From the IMG/VR virus record IMGVR_UViG_3300037882_001770, positions 62,001 through 126,000 of that record: a stretch of DNA of 64,000 nt. One strand, written 5' to 3'. The position numbers were made by a program, and so were the translations under genes. Positions 44,991 through 54,497 of the stretch are shown here, piece by piece (the stretch's first letter is position 1; each line of letters opens with the position of its first letter). The notes beneath the pieces were generated by a model. That model was given only the letters and a program-made list of their open reading frames with translations. It made no database searches and was not told the DNA's origin.

Positions 44991-45626
44991 ATGGCCGTTT
45001 CATCGCTAACCAGAATGACAGTGCCTTTGGCCAGTGACCAAAGCTCACCAACACAGGGCTTATTAATGCCCAAACTTAAATATCGCTTCAGAGTGATATT
45101 TGAAAACTTTGGTGTCTCAACACCAAGAACAGAATTGACTAAACAAGTCATGGACTTTACTCGTCCAGAAGTTAGCTTTGAAGAAATCGCATTGCCTATT
45201 TACAATTCAACAGTTAAATTAGCCGGCAAGCATGCCTGGGGTGATTTAACTTGCCAGTTAAGAGATGATGCCGGCGGACAAGTTAGCCGATTGGTTGGCG
45301 AACAATTGCAAAAGCAATTGGACTTTATGGAACAAAGTTCAGCAGCGTCTGGTATTGACTACAAATTCCTAACACGATTTGAAGTATTGGACGGCGGCAA
45401 CGGCGCAAACGAATCGATTGCATTAGAAACTTGGGAAATTTACGGTTGCTATCTAAAGAGTGTAAACTACAACAACATGGACTACGGTACCAGTGAAGCT
45501 GCTACAATTAGTTTAACTGTGTCATTTGACAATGCAGTACAGACCCCTCCTGGATCTGGCGTTGGTGCAGTTGTTGGAAGAACCATTGGTGACGTAGCCA
45601 CAGGCGCTGGTAACGGTCTAGTATAA
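44991..45626 (+). CDS. Tail tube protein gp19
   Basis: KLKYRFRV, FTRPEVSF, KLAGKHAWG, WEIYGCY. Confidence 0.9.
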   Translation: MAVSSLTRMTVPLASDQSSPTQGLLMPKLKYRFRVIFENFGVSTPRTELTKQVMDFTRPEVSFEEIALPIYNSTVKLAGKHAWGDLTCQLRDDAGGQVSRLVGEQLQKQLDFMEQSSAASGIDYKFLTRFEVLDGGNGANESIALETWEIYGCYLKSVNYNNMDYGTSEAATISLTVSFDNAVQTPPGSGVGAVVGRTIGDVATGAGNGLV

Positions 45627-45630
45627 TCTA

Positions 45631-46779
45631 ATGGCATATTTCGGCGAAGACTTCCTTCAAGGATTCTTTGGAGCCGACGGCCTCAAAGACTACAGCCACG
45701 CTTCTAAGACTTTCCAAACCAACGGCTACGAACTTAGTCCTCGCTACAAGTTTCTTTTTCATGTGTTCTTCAATATCAACACAGGGCAAATTCCAGCACT
45801 ACAAAGCACGTTTGGTAACGGTGATGTAGCATCAGTTGGACTCATGGTAAAGAGTGTGCAACTGCCAAGTTATCAAATTGATGTTGAAACACTCAATCAA
45901 TACAATCGTAAACGTTTGGTACAGAAAAAAATTGAATACAATCCTGTGCAGATTGTGTTCAATGACGATCAAGGCGACTTGATTCGAAACATGTGGTACA
46001 ACTATTACAGTTACTATTACAAAGATCCAAGTCAAAAATACGAAGGTGTTCCAGTTACCAATGGTACAATCGGCAATCTAGCAACACTCAGCAACGGCTT
46101 TGGCTACAATACTCGAGACATATACGACAACAGTCGCCAGGTAAATGACTGGGGCTATATCGGTGAAGGCTATCAAGATACCTATGCATTTGGGCCATCT
46201 TTGGGTAATCCCAACAAACCACCATTTTTTCGAGATATTAAAATTTACGGATTGAGTCAAAAAAAGTTTGCGGCCTATGTGCTGGTAAATCCATTGGTTA
46301 CAGAATGGCAACATGATACCTATGATTACAGCCAGGGCAACGGCATAATGACCAACACCATGAGCCTAAGATATGAAACTGTAAAATACTATTCAGGCCC
46401 AATTACCGGCGCACAACCAAGCAACACTGTTGCTGGATTTGCGGATCCAGCGCACTACGACACCAGACGCAGTGCATTGGCACGCCCAGGGTCAACCTCA
46501 ACAGTATTTGGGCAAGGTGGGTTAATTGATGCCGGTACAGGAGTTATTCAAGATCTGGAAGCAATTCTCAGTGGCCGCGGCGGCCTACAAAATGTACTTG
46601 GTGCGGTACAAAAAGCAGGTACAGCATACAACACATTCAAAGACAAAAACATTCGCAGTATTGTCAACACCGAGATTAGAACCGGTGTACCACAAGTATT
46701 GCGTGAAACATTACCTGGTGCTGTAAGACTAGCAGTCAATACCGCCAACGGCATGATATTTCCTACTCCTAAGAAATAG
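45631..46779 (+). CDS. Tail-tube-like baseplate protein (gp19/gp54 fold)
   Basis: KFLFHVFF, VKSVQLPSY, QYNRKRLVQKKIEYNPVQIVFNDD, MSLRYE. Confidence 0.7.
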   Translation: MAYFGEDFLQGFFGADGLKDYSHASKTFQTNGYELSPRYKFLFHVFFNINTGQIPALQSTFGNGDVASVGLMVKSVQLPSYQIDVETLNQYNRKRLVQKKIEYNPVQIVFNDDQGDLIRNMWYNYYSYYYKDPSQKYEGVPVTNGTIGNLATLSNGFGYNTRDIYDNSRQVNDWGYIGEGYQDTYAFGPSLGNPNKPPFFRDIKIYGLSQKKFAAYVLVNPLVTEWQHDTYDYSQGNGIMTNTMSLRYETVKYYSGPITGAQPSNTVAGFADPAHYDTRRSALARPGSTSTVFGQGGLIDAGTGVIQDLEAILSGRGGLQNVLGAVQKAGTAYNTFKDKNIRSIVNTEIRTGVPQVLRETLPGAVRLAVNTANGMIFPTPKK

Positions 46780-46781
46780 CC

Positions 46782-47141
46782 ATGGGCTCAGTAAATTCAA
46801 GCAATCCTAAAATTGATTCGACTGTCAAAATATTTGACGAGTTTTATGCCTACGCAACCAACGTACCGGCACAAGAATATGATGCGGTGTACAGTTATTT
46901 TAGAAGTGTGTTTGGCACAGCCGAAGCCGCCGGTAACTTTACAGTGACCTTGTTTAGAGTCGCCGAAGAATCAGCAACACCAGTGTTGGATCTATTACAG
47001 GACCTGCAAGGACAAAGTACACCAGAGTTGACATTGACTCTGGCCTACTATCTCAACAGCTTGAGAAGTCCTGCTACCCTACTGGGATTAAACAGTCCTA
47101 GTCAACCAAACTATTACGCGGCTAGAAATATCAGATCATGA
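46782..47141 (+). CDS. Hypothetical virion protein
   Basis: 119 aa, in operon with the tube-like gene and gp4. Confidence 0.55.
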   Translation: MGSVNSSNPKIDSTVKIFDEFYAYATNVPAQEYDAVYSYFRSVFGTAEAAGNFTVTLFRVAEESATPVLDLLQDLQGQSTPELTLTLAYYLNSLRSPATLLGLNSPSQPNYYAARNIRS

Positions 47142-47575
47142 GCAAGTTTGCACAGGGCTCTTACATAATTAAAAATAAACAAAAGTACGTAGGCAACGGA
47201 ACACCGCGTTATCGTAGTGGTTGGGAGCATGCATTTATGCGTTTCCTTGACAACAACGACAATGTACACCAGTGGGCCAGCGAAAGTATCAGCATACCGT
47301 ACCGTAACCCAGTTACTGGTAAACAAAGCATGTATGTTCCGGATTTTTTAATCACATACAAGACACGAAACAACACCCTGGTTGCAGAGTTGGTAGAAAT
47401 CAAACCCAAAAAGCAAAGCATTATTGAAAGCAAGATGTCGGAACGAGATCGCATGATTGTAGCAGTAAATTATGCCAAGTGGGATGCCGCTACCAAATGG
47501 GCCAATCGCAATGGCCTAAAGTTTAGAGTAATAACCGAAGACGATCTATTTCATCAAGGTGGTAAACGGCGGTAA
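47138..47575 (+). CDS. Head completion nuclease gp4 (TnsA-like fold)
   Basis: YRSGWE..FM, WASESISIPY, YVPDF, VEIKP, AKW.AA. Confidence 0.9.
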   Translation: MSKFAQGSYIIKNKQKYVGNGTPRYRSGWEHAFMRFLDNNDNVHQWASESISIPYRNPVTGKQSMYVPDFLITYKTRNNTLVAELVEIKPKKQSIIESKMSERDRMIVAVNYAKWDAATKWANRNGLKFRVITEDDLFHQGGKRR

Positions 47576-47582
47576 ATACGCC

Positions 47583-48089
47583 ATGACACGTAAACTTGAA
47601 GAACTGTTTGACATGGCTCCATCGGGCACTGATGTTGAATCACAACCACAGACCACAGAAGAAACACGCTCGGCAATAATTGCAATCGACAGCACAATTG
47701 ACAAAATTGATGCGGCATTACCGGGAGTGCGTGATCTTGATTCAAGTGACCGAGAACTAGACGACATTGCAGCCAAAGCCACAGAAACTTTTGAAAACTT
47801 GACCGATTTGGGATTTAATGTGGACAGCAGATATGCGGCTGAGTTATTTGCAGTGGCCGGAACCATGCTAGGGCATGCTCTTACTGCCAAAACTACCAAA
47901 CTGCAAAAGAAATTAAAAGTTTTAGATTTACAGATGAAAAAGTTAAAATTGGACCAGGATGCAGCCAAGAACAAAGGCGAAGATCCAGATACAATTCCCG
48001 GCGAAGGACAAGTGTTAAACAACCTTAGTCGTAATGAATTATTGGAAAAGTTGATCGGCAACAGAGATCAAAAGAACAAAGACGCATAA
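47583..48089 (+). CDS. Probable terminase small subunit gp16
   Basis: Helical, RYAAELFAVAGTML...KVLDLQMKK resembles the gp16 core; start reassigned to MTRKLEE. Confidence 0.55.
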   Translation: MTRKLEELFDMAPSGTDVESQPQTTEETRSAIIAIDSTIDKIDAALPGVRDLDSSDRELDDIAAKATETFENLTDLGFNVDSRYAAELFAVAGTMLGHALTAKTTKLQKKLKVLDLQMKKLKLDQDAAKNKGEDPDTIPGEGQVLNNLSRNELLEKLIGNRDQKNKDA

Positions 48090-48109
48090 ATATCATATAG
48101 GGAACAAAT

Positions 48110-48718
48110 ATGAAAAATTTTAAAGATTATCTAGCCGAAAGTGCAAGAACCTACAATTATCGCATCAAAATTGTGGGTGATGTTGCTCCTGATTTTGTTA
48201 AATTGCTAAAGGAAAAGTTAGCACAGTTTGACATCATCAAGATGACAGAGTTAAAAACAACCCCGGTTCAAAAAGCACCTGCGGATTTTCCAGCATTTGA
48301 AAATGATCGTGTTTCAAGCATGGACGTAGAGTTTCGTTATCCAGCAATTGAGCCGCAAATCCAACAAATCGCACAGCTACTAGGGCTTGACCCAAATCGT
48401 ATTCGCATGTTAACAACACCGTACGAAGAAAGCATGGCTGAAGAAAAGGACAAGGTTGAAGAACAAAACAAAGATCTATTAACCGATACAGATTTCCCTG
48501 CACCGGATGCTGAACAAAAAGCACTAAGTAAAGATTACTCAGCAGATCCATACAAGCATGCTGTGTTAAAAAATGCGTATCGTAGTGATTTCACTGTGGC
48601 AGGTGGAAAGACTCCGCCAGCAGTTACTACAAATTCAGCACCAATGGGAAATAAAAGCCCAATGACAAAAATTACTCGCCCAGCCAAACCAGCCACTGGC
48701 GCCAACCCGCGTGGCTAA
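48110..48718 (+). CDS. Hypothetical head-associated protein
   Basis: N-terminus MKNFKDYLAES resembles a T4 capsid-targeting sequence. Confidence 0.55.
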   Translation: MKNFKDYLAESARTYNYRIKIVGDVAPDFVKLLKEKLAQFDIIKMTELKTTPVQKAPADFPAFENDRVSSMDVEFRYPAIEPQIQQIAQLLGLDPNRIRMLTTPYEESMAEEKDKVEEQNKDLLTDTDFPAPDAEQKALSKDYSADPYKHAVLKNAYRSDFTVAGGKTPPAVTTNSAPMGNKSPMTKITRPAKPATGANPRG

Positions 48719-48720
48719 CG

Positions 48721-48789
48721 GTAAATAAAAGTGCCCTTCGCGATGCGTCAACATCCAAGGGCTCTAACAGTTTATAAGGAACTATCAGC
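48721..48789 (+). promoter_or_regulatory. Late promoter plus structured leader of HNH endonuclease
   Basis: GTAAATA, stems CCCTT/AAGGG, GATG/CATC and AGTT/AACT; conserved CGC, CTCTAAC and ATCAGC as at 7449-7516. Confidence 0.75.
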
Positions 48790-49434
48790 ATGAGTATTTA
48801 CACCTCTAAAAATTATCGTAAGATTTACGAACAATATCACGGCCCTATTCCAATGGATAACAATGGCCGAACCTATGATATACATCATGTTGATGGCGAT
48901 CATAACAATAATAATCCTGACAATTTAATAGCAGTTTCAATACAAGAACATCATGACATACATCAATCTCGTGGTGACTGGGGTGCGTGTTCTGCTATTT
49001 TAATGAGAATGAAAATATTGCCCGATGAATTATCAAAAAGAGCATCTGAATACAGTATTCAAAGAACCAAAGAAGGGAAGAATGCATTTTCTGGCGGAAG
49101 AATAACAAGAGAAGGAAACGCCAAAAGATTAGCCGACGGCACACATAATTTTTTAAAAAGACCAGATGGCACCAGCATGATATCAGATTTACATGCGGCA
49201 GGAAAAGCATCGTCTAACCCTGTAGTAAAAGAAAAATTAAGAGAAAAAGCATTCCGGCAAATAGCAGAAGGAAAACATGCATTTGTTGGATCAGCAAATA
49301 ATCTTAAAAGAATGTCCAACGGAACACACCCATCGCAAATTAAAAAAACCTGCCCGCATTGCAATAAAACTTGTGATACAGCCAACTACTCTAAGTGGCA
49401 CGGCGATAAGTGTAAAGTCTTAAAAACAGTATAA
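48790..49434 (+). mobile_element. Free-standing HNH homing endonuclease
   Basis: YRKIYEQYHGPIP...DIHHVDGDHNNNNPDNLIAV...H; repeated GxHxF units; C-terminal CPHC...HGDKC. Confidence 0.88.
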
Positions 49435-49462
49435 ATAACATATAATTTACAGGAAAGCAAAA

Positions 49463-51481
49463 ATGTCATTCTTCTATAACCTTAATAAACGCTTGGCAGA
49501 TTTAGCTGCCAAACAAGACCTCACCGAGTCTGTACAAAGTGAGGCTAAAACTAAAAGACTTCCGGGTTTGCCAATCACTCAGAAAGATGTAGAGAAAAAA
49601 TTTGGTGGATCAATGATTAAAATGGCTCAAGCAGCCAAGGAAGCTGGTTTTAGTGATGCTCGCATTACTCAAGCTATGGACGACTTAAAACAAGGTAAAA
49701 ATCCTAATGACGTAGATGAATCGGCATTGCAGGCATATCTAGGCAAAAAGAAATATGGCGAACAGGGCATGAAAGCATTACAAAAGGCCGGACGAGATGG
49801 CGCCAGTAAAGAGAAGATGGCTAAGATTCGGGCGGCACACGACAAAATGGACGAAGCAGACATGGAAGAAGGTAATGCCTTCACTGGTGCATTGGCCAAG
49901 ACACCAAAGGGTGGCAAGTTTAAAGTAGGCAACAAAGAATTTACTGACACAAGCGACCTTGAAGAAGGCTTTAAAGAGATGGATGCCTGGTTAACAGCCC
50001 GTGAAAAAGAAAAAGGCACCGGACGTTACGATAAGAAAAAGATTTCAACTGGTACAGTATACACTCGTAAACCAGAAACATTTGATGACCCAGAAACTGA
50101 TTCAGAGGCCACAGGCGGTGCTCCTAAGCGTCGTGGCCGTCCAAAAGGCAAGGACAAAGGCCCTGAGCGTGTGACAGCCAAGAGTTACAAGTACAAGACA
50201 GGGCGCCCTGCCAAGACCGACGAAGATCTAGATACTGATGGCGTTATGATGACCCGTCAAAGCAACATGAGCAGTGAAAGTGCAGATCCAGCCGATCGTG
50301 GCGAATACGATCGTGAAGGCGAAATGGCCAAACATGATATTAAAACAATTGTGCGTCATGCACAAGCCCTACACAAGATTCTTGGTGACAATGACAATCT
50401 TCCAGAATGGGTACAATCTAAATTGGCCAAGATTGAAGGCATGATGACTTCAGTTGATGACTACATGCAGAATCAGACTGATGAAGAAATGAAAGAAGGA
50501 TGGCGCGGCGGCCTGGCTGGTGAACGCCCATTAATGAAAACAAGACGTTCTGGCGCAGAGACAGCATACGAAGAGATTGTTAGTTTTTTGAAAAGTCCAC
50601 AAAGTGGTATTGAGCCAGTTGCTCGTCAGCATTTAATGAAGTTAGTTAATGAATTGGCTAGACAAGCAACAAAAACTAAAGAAGTGCCTGTAGTTGAAAA
50701 AGCCAAATCAAAAGCACAACAAAAATTCATGGGTATGGTTCACGCCGCACAAAAAGGTGAACGTCCTGCTAGCGGAGCAGTTGCCAAGGTTGCCAAGAGC
50801 ATGGGCAAAAAAGATGCCGAAGATTTTGCCGCCACCAAGCACAAAGGTTTGCCAGAAAAAGTCAAAACCAAAAAAACTGAAGAGGCTAAACCAGACTTTT
50901 TAGATATTGATAAAGACGGCGACAAAAAAGAGTCAATGAAAAAAGCTGCTAGTGAAAAGAAAGAAAAGAAAGTTGAAGAAACATCCACTGATTCAACTTC
51001 CAGTAAAGGTGGCTACAACTTTGGTGGCGGAGTTTACGAAAACTTCAACAGCAAAGTAGAAAACATCATTACCGAAGGCATGAATATCACAGTAAACATG
51101 GCCGCCGGCGACGATGGCGAACCACGCAAGAGTATTACTATCACAGCCGACGGCGCCGAAGCTGACCAATTGGCAGAATTGTTAAAAATGGCAGGACTAG
51201 GCAGTCAATCTGATAAGCAAGAAACTTGTTCATCCTGTGGCGAGTCTGCATGTGCTTGTGACCAAGAAATGGTTGACGAAAATTCACCAGACTGGCCGAC
51301 CGATCAAGTGACCAGTGATGATGCATTGCAATATTCAGGTGGCCTAAACAAACCCAAGTCAACTGGACAAACAACTGTTCCTGTAGTTGCTAGTCAACTA
51401 CGTCGTCAAGTGAGTATGGAAGAAAATGTTGAGCTTGAGCGCAGCTTGTTCAAGTTGTATAAAGATATTTCAGGAAAATAA
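49463..51481 (+). CDS. Large charged putative internal head protein with DUF3008-like and DxDxDG segments
   Basis: Many xxE-small sites; AKSKAQQKFMG...FAATKHKGLPEK; DFLDIDKDGD. Confidence 0.55.
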   Translation: MSFFYNLNKRLADLAAKQDLTESVQSEAKTKRLPGLPITQKDVEKKFGGSMIKMAQAAKEAGFSDARITQAMDDLKQGKNPNDVDESALQAYLGKKKYGEQGMKALQKAGRDGASKEKMAKIRAAHDKMDEADMEEGNAFTGALAKTPKGGKFKVGNKEFTDTSDLEEGFKEMDAWLTAREKEKGTGRYDKKKISTGTVYTRKPETFDDPETDSEATGGAPKRRGRPKGKDKGPERVTAKSYKYKTGRPAKTDEDLDTDGVMMTRQSNMSSESADPADRGEYDREGEMAKHDIKTIVRHAQALHKILGDNDNLPEWVQSKLAKIEGMMTSVDDYMQNQTDEEMKEGWRGGLAGERPLMKTRRSGAETAYEEIVSFLKSPQSGIEPVARQHLMKLVNELARQATKTKEVPVVEKAKSKAQQKFMGMVHAAQKGERPASGAVAKVAKSMGKKDAEDFAATKHKGLPEKVKTKKTEEAKPDFLDIDKDGDKKESMKKAASEKKEKKVEETSTDSTSSKGGYNFGGGVYENFNSKVENIITEGMNITVNMAAGDDGEPRKSITITADGAEADQLAELLKMAGLGSQSDKQETCSSCGESACACDQEMVDENSPDWPTDQVTSDDALQYSGGLNKPKSTGQTTVPVVASQLRRQVSMEENVELERSLFKLYKDISGK

Positions 51482-51484
51482 TAA

Positions 51485-51769
51485 ATGAGCCAAGCTAATG
51501 TAGTTAGTTCTGCAGGTAACATAACCTGGTACACCGACAAAGCAGAGATTGTTGCGCTTGATGATGCAGTTACATATCAAGTGTATGCAACTGCGTTAGG
51601 AAGCGCAGCGGCAGTTGGCAACATCTGGAGTAATGCAGTGTCTGTCGGTGCAAACACAACTGTTCAAATTTATGTAGGTGCTGGTAACAAGCTCACAGTA
51701 ACTGGTACATTTACTGCTGCAGAATTGGGCACTGCAAGCTCTGCACAGTCCGGCGTGATTGGAGGCTAA
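51485..51769 (+). CDS. Small beta-rich hypothetical virion protein
   Basis: 94 aa in a late operon. Confidence 0.5.
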   Translation: MSQANVVSSAGNITWYTDKAEIVALDDAVTYQVYATALGSAAAVGNIWSNAVSVGANTTVQIYVGAGNKLTVTGTFTAAELGTASSAQSGVIGG

Positions 51770-51771
51770 CT

Positions 51772-52146
51772 GTGCGGGCTCAAGAGTTTCTCACTGAGAA
51801 ACGTACGGGCAAAATTGGCCAACGTCGCCAAGTTGGAACTCGTGGATTATCTAAATTTCGGGACCCGGCTGGATTTGATCGCATTTACGAATTAAATCGT
51901 GTGATGATGGCTATAGCTACAGCAGACGGTACCAATGCTCCATTGGATCTAGATACAGAATCTTGGGCCGGTCGTTACAACACAGCACACCCTTACACAG
52001 ACGAAGAAGCCAACATGCTCAAACAAGCACTACGAGCAACAGGCAGTGAACATCACGATTTAAATCGAGGTGATAATCGCAGCCAAGAGTTGAAATCAAC
52101 GCATACCAAAAGTCCTGTACAGGCATTCAAAGGTTATCCAAGATGA
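51772..52146 (+). CDS. Hypothetical head-associated protein, paralogue A
   Basis: MRAQEFLTE start; ends SPVQAFKGYPR. Confidence 0.6.
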   Translation: MRAQEFLTEKRTGKIGQRRQVGTRGLSKFRDPAGFDRIYELNRVMMAIATADGTNAPLDLDTESWAGRYNTAHPYTDEEANMLKQALRATGSEHHDLNRGDNRSQELKSTHTKSPVQAFKGYPR

Positions 52147-52529
52147 GAGCCCGCGAGTTCATGGTAGAACAACGAGAACTTCCGCCCGAACAGTCTGACC
52201 CTATGCGTTACACTTACGTGATTCCAGGACTCAGTGCTAGTGATCCTTATAACAATTATCGATTTGGTGTGGCTATGGCTCGTGCCAGAAGCGATGCTGG
52301 CACAGACGGAATAACCGACGATATGCCCGAGTGGACACCCGAAACAGCATTTGGCGAACACGGTGTTGTAGTTGGTATGAATAGTGGAATTGAACAAATA
52401 ATTGACCAAGCCCTAGCAATGACCAACACTGCTGGCGGCAAAGAACTAGTAAGCACAGCTGATAGCCAAGAACCCGCATTAGTTGATACAACAAGTCCTG
52501 TACAGGCATTTAAAGGATACCCAAGATAA
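52143..52529 (+). CDS. Hypothetical head-associated protein, paralogue B
   Basis: MRAREFMVE start; ends SPVQAFKGYPR. Confidence 0.6.
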   Translation: MRAREFMVEQRELPPEQSDPMRYTYVIPGLSASDPYNNYRFGVAMARARSDAGTDGITDDMPEWTPETAFGEHGVVVGMNSGIEQIIDQALAMTNTAGGKELVSTADSQEPALVDTTSPVQAFKGYPR

Positions 52530-54010
52530 TGGCTATTCCAGATCCAACGCAAGTCGCACCGTGGTATCTACGTAATATCACACAAGCTCTGGCTCTCAAT
52601 GAGTCTACAGGTAATGTGTATGTGCGCACAGATGCGCAACTTACAATTGGCAATGTTGGTAATGTTAATGTAACCGATGTTGAAATTTTAGCATTAGGCA
52701 ACATTGATATCTCTGGCAACACTATGCCGGTGTCAGGCAATGTTACAGTATTTCAAGGCACAGATCCCTGGACAGTAACTGGAAACGTAAACGTCACCGG
52801 CGGCAATGTTGCAACGACCATTGTTGGAACAAATCTTGATGCATTTGGTCGTCTACGAGTCAGCAACCCGTTTACTCTGTTTGACAGTCAAAATCTTTAC
52901 GTAGATGGAGGCCAGTTTTCAAACATCACGGCCACAGGCGGCAACATAGCGTATGTGGCCAGTGAAAGTAGTTTTAACCTTTCTGTCACTGGAGCCATCG
53001 GCTCCAGTACAATTACCCAGAGCAAGACCACACAACCTTATCAACCTGGCAAGAGTTTATTAAGCATGAACTCGTTTGCTTTTGCGACCCTGGCCGCAGG
53101 ATGTCGTCAGCGTGTAGGCTACTTTACTGCCTCCAATGGTGTGTATTTTGAAGCCGACGGCGAAGATCTATATTTGGTAATCCGCAGTAGTGCATCGGGC
53201 AGTCTACAAGAAGAACGCATAGCTCAAGGCGCATGGAACGGTGACCGGCTTACTGGACTAGGTGGGGCCAACAACCCTACTGGCATAGATCTGGATCCGG
53301 CCTTGACCAACATATTTTGGTGCGATATTGAGTGGTTGGGTGTGGGCAATGTGCGTGCCGGGTTCATCATCGACGGCAATTTTATAGTGTGCCACACTTT
53401 TCAACATGCCAATCAGGCCGGCAATACTCGTGTGTACATGACTTCGGCTACTTTGAATCCCCGCTACGAAATAACCAATACTGCCAATACCACTGGGGCT
53501 AGAACTATGAAACAGATCTGCTCTACAGTGATCTCAGAAGGTGGTTACTCTCCCACACCCACAATCAACTATGTGGTCAGCGGCATACAACCCACACGTA
53601 TTTCCACAGGTAATGTGTATACCAACTTGGCCACTATCAGACTGAATCCTGCGTATCCAGATGCTGTGGTAACTCCTGCACAGGTTGATCTCCTGCTCAC
53701 CGATGTTCAATATGGTGTCTTTCAGTTAGTAGTGGGTGCCAGCAATGTGGCCGGCCTGACTTATGCCAACGTCGATGGCGGAGTAGTACAGGCCAATACC
53801 AGCCCGGTTCAAATTGGTGACGGAACTGTGGTCTATTCTGGAGTTAGCAGTAGCCGCGATACATTTGCTGTGAGCGAGGACGTGTCACGTAGATTACAAT
53901 TAGCTCGTCAAGCCAATGGTACACCCATAACTTTGACTCTGTGTGTAGGATATGGTCAAAACAATGCTGACGTAATCTGGAAGTTTGGTTGGTCTGAAAT
54001 TACTAGTTAA
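52529..54010 (+). CDS. Hypothetical beta-rich virion protein (possible lectin/concanavalin-like core)
   Basis: DAFGRLRVSNP, YQPGKS, RVGYF...NGVYF, IEWLGVGNVRAGF. Confidence 0.5.
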   Translation: MAIPDPTQVAPWYLRNITQALALNESTGNVYVRTDAQLTIGNVGNVNVTDVEILALGNIDISGNTMPVSGNVTVFQGTDPWTVTGNVNVTGGNVATTIVGTNLDAFGRLRVSNPFTLFDSQNLYVDGGQFSNITATGGNIAYVASESSFNLSVTGAIGSSTITQSKTTQPYQPGKSLLSMNSFAFATLAAGCRQRVGYFTASNGVYFEADGEDLYLVIRSSASGSLQEERIAQGAWNGDRLTGLGGANNPTGIDLDPALTNIFWCDIEWLGVGNVRAGFIIDGNFIVCHTFQHANQAGNTRVYMTSATLNPRYEITNTANTTGARTMKQICSTVISEGGYSPTPTINYVVSGIQPTRISTGNVYTNLATIRLNPAYPDAVVTPAQVDLLLTDVQYGVFQLVVGASNVAGLTYANVDGGVVQANTSPVQIGDGTVVYSGVSSSRDTFAVSEDVSRRLQLARQANGTPITLTLCVGYGQNNADVIWKFGWSEITS

Positions 54011-54024
54011 AAAGAAAAATAAAA

Positions 54025-54459
54025 ATGAAAAAACTATTAGCACTATTATTACTAGTTCCTGTACTAGCACTGGCACAAAAAGCACCCAAGGGTGTGACCT
54101 ACGATGCACAGGTATTGAGAGTGAGTGATGGCGATACTATTGTTATTTCTGCACCATTTCTGCCACAGCCTCTTAAGCCAGAATTAGCAGTACGTATCTA
54201 CGGAGTTGACACACCTGAAAAAGGACACAGAGCACAGTGCCCTGCAGAAAATGAGAGAGCACTGATAGCTAGTAAATACACCACACAATTAATTCAGCAA
54301 GGCGGAAAAGTTCAAGTCATACTGTATGCATGGGACAAGTTTGGTGGACGTGTGTTGGGTGACATTATTGTCAATGGACAAAGCATTAGAGCAGGACTCA
54401 TTGCCAATGGTTTAGCACGTGAATACTACGGTGACGCCAAGCAAAGCTGGTGTCAATAA
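54025..54459 (+). CDS. Staphylococcal-nuclease (thermonuclease) family protein with signal peptide
   Basis: MKKLLALLLLVPVLALA; RVSDGDTI, VRIYGVDTPE, DKFGGRVLG, GLA. Confidence 0.9.
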   Translation: MKKLLALLLLVPVLALAQKAPKGVTYDAQVLRVSDGDTIVISAPFLPQPLKPELAVRIYGVDTPEKGHRAQCPAENERALIASKYTTQLIQQGGKVQVILYAWDKFGGRVLGDIIVNGQSIRAGLIANGLAREYYGDAKQSWCQ

Positions 54460-54497
54460 ACAATTACAGATGGAAAAGGCTGGTTAAATAACAGCCT

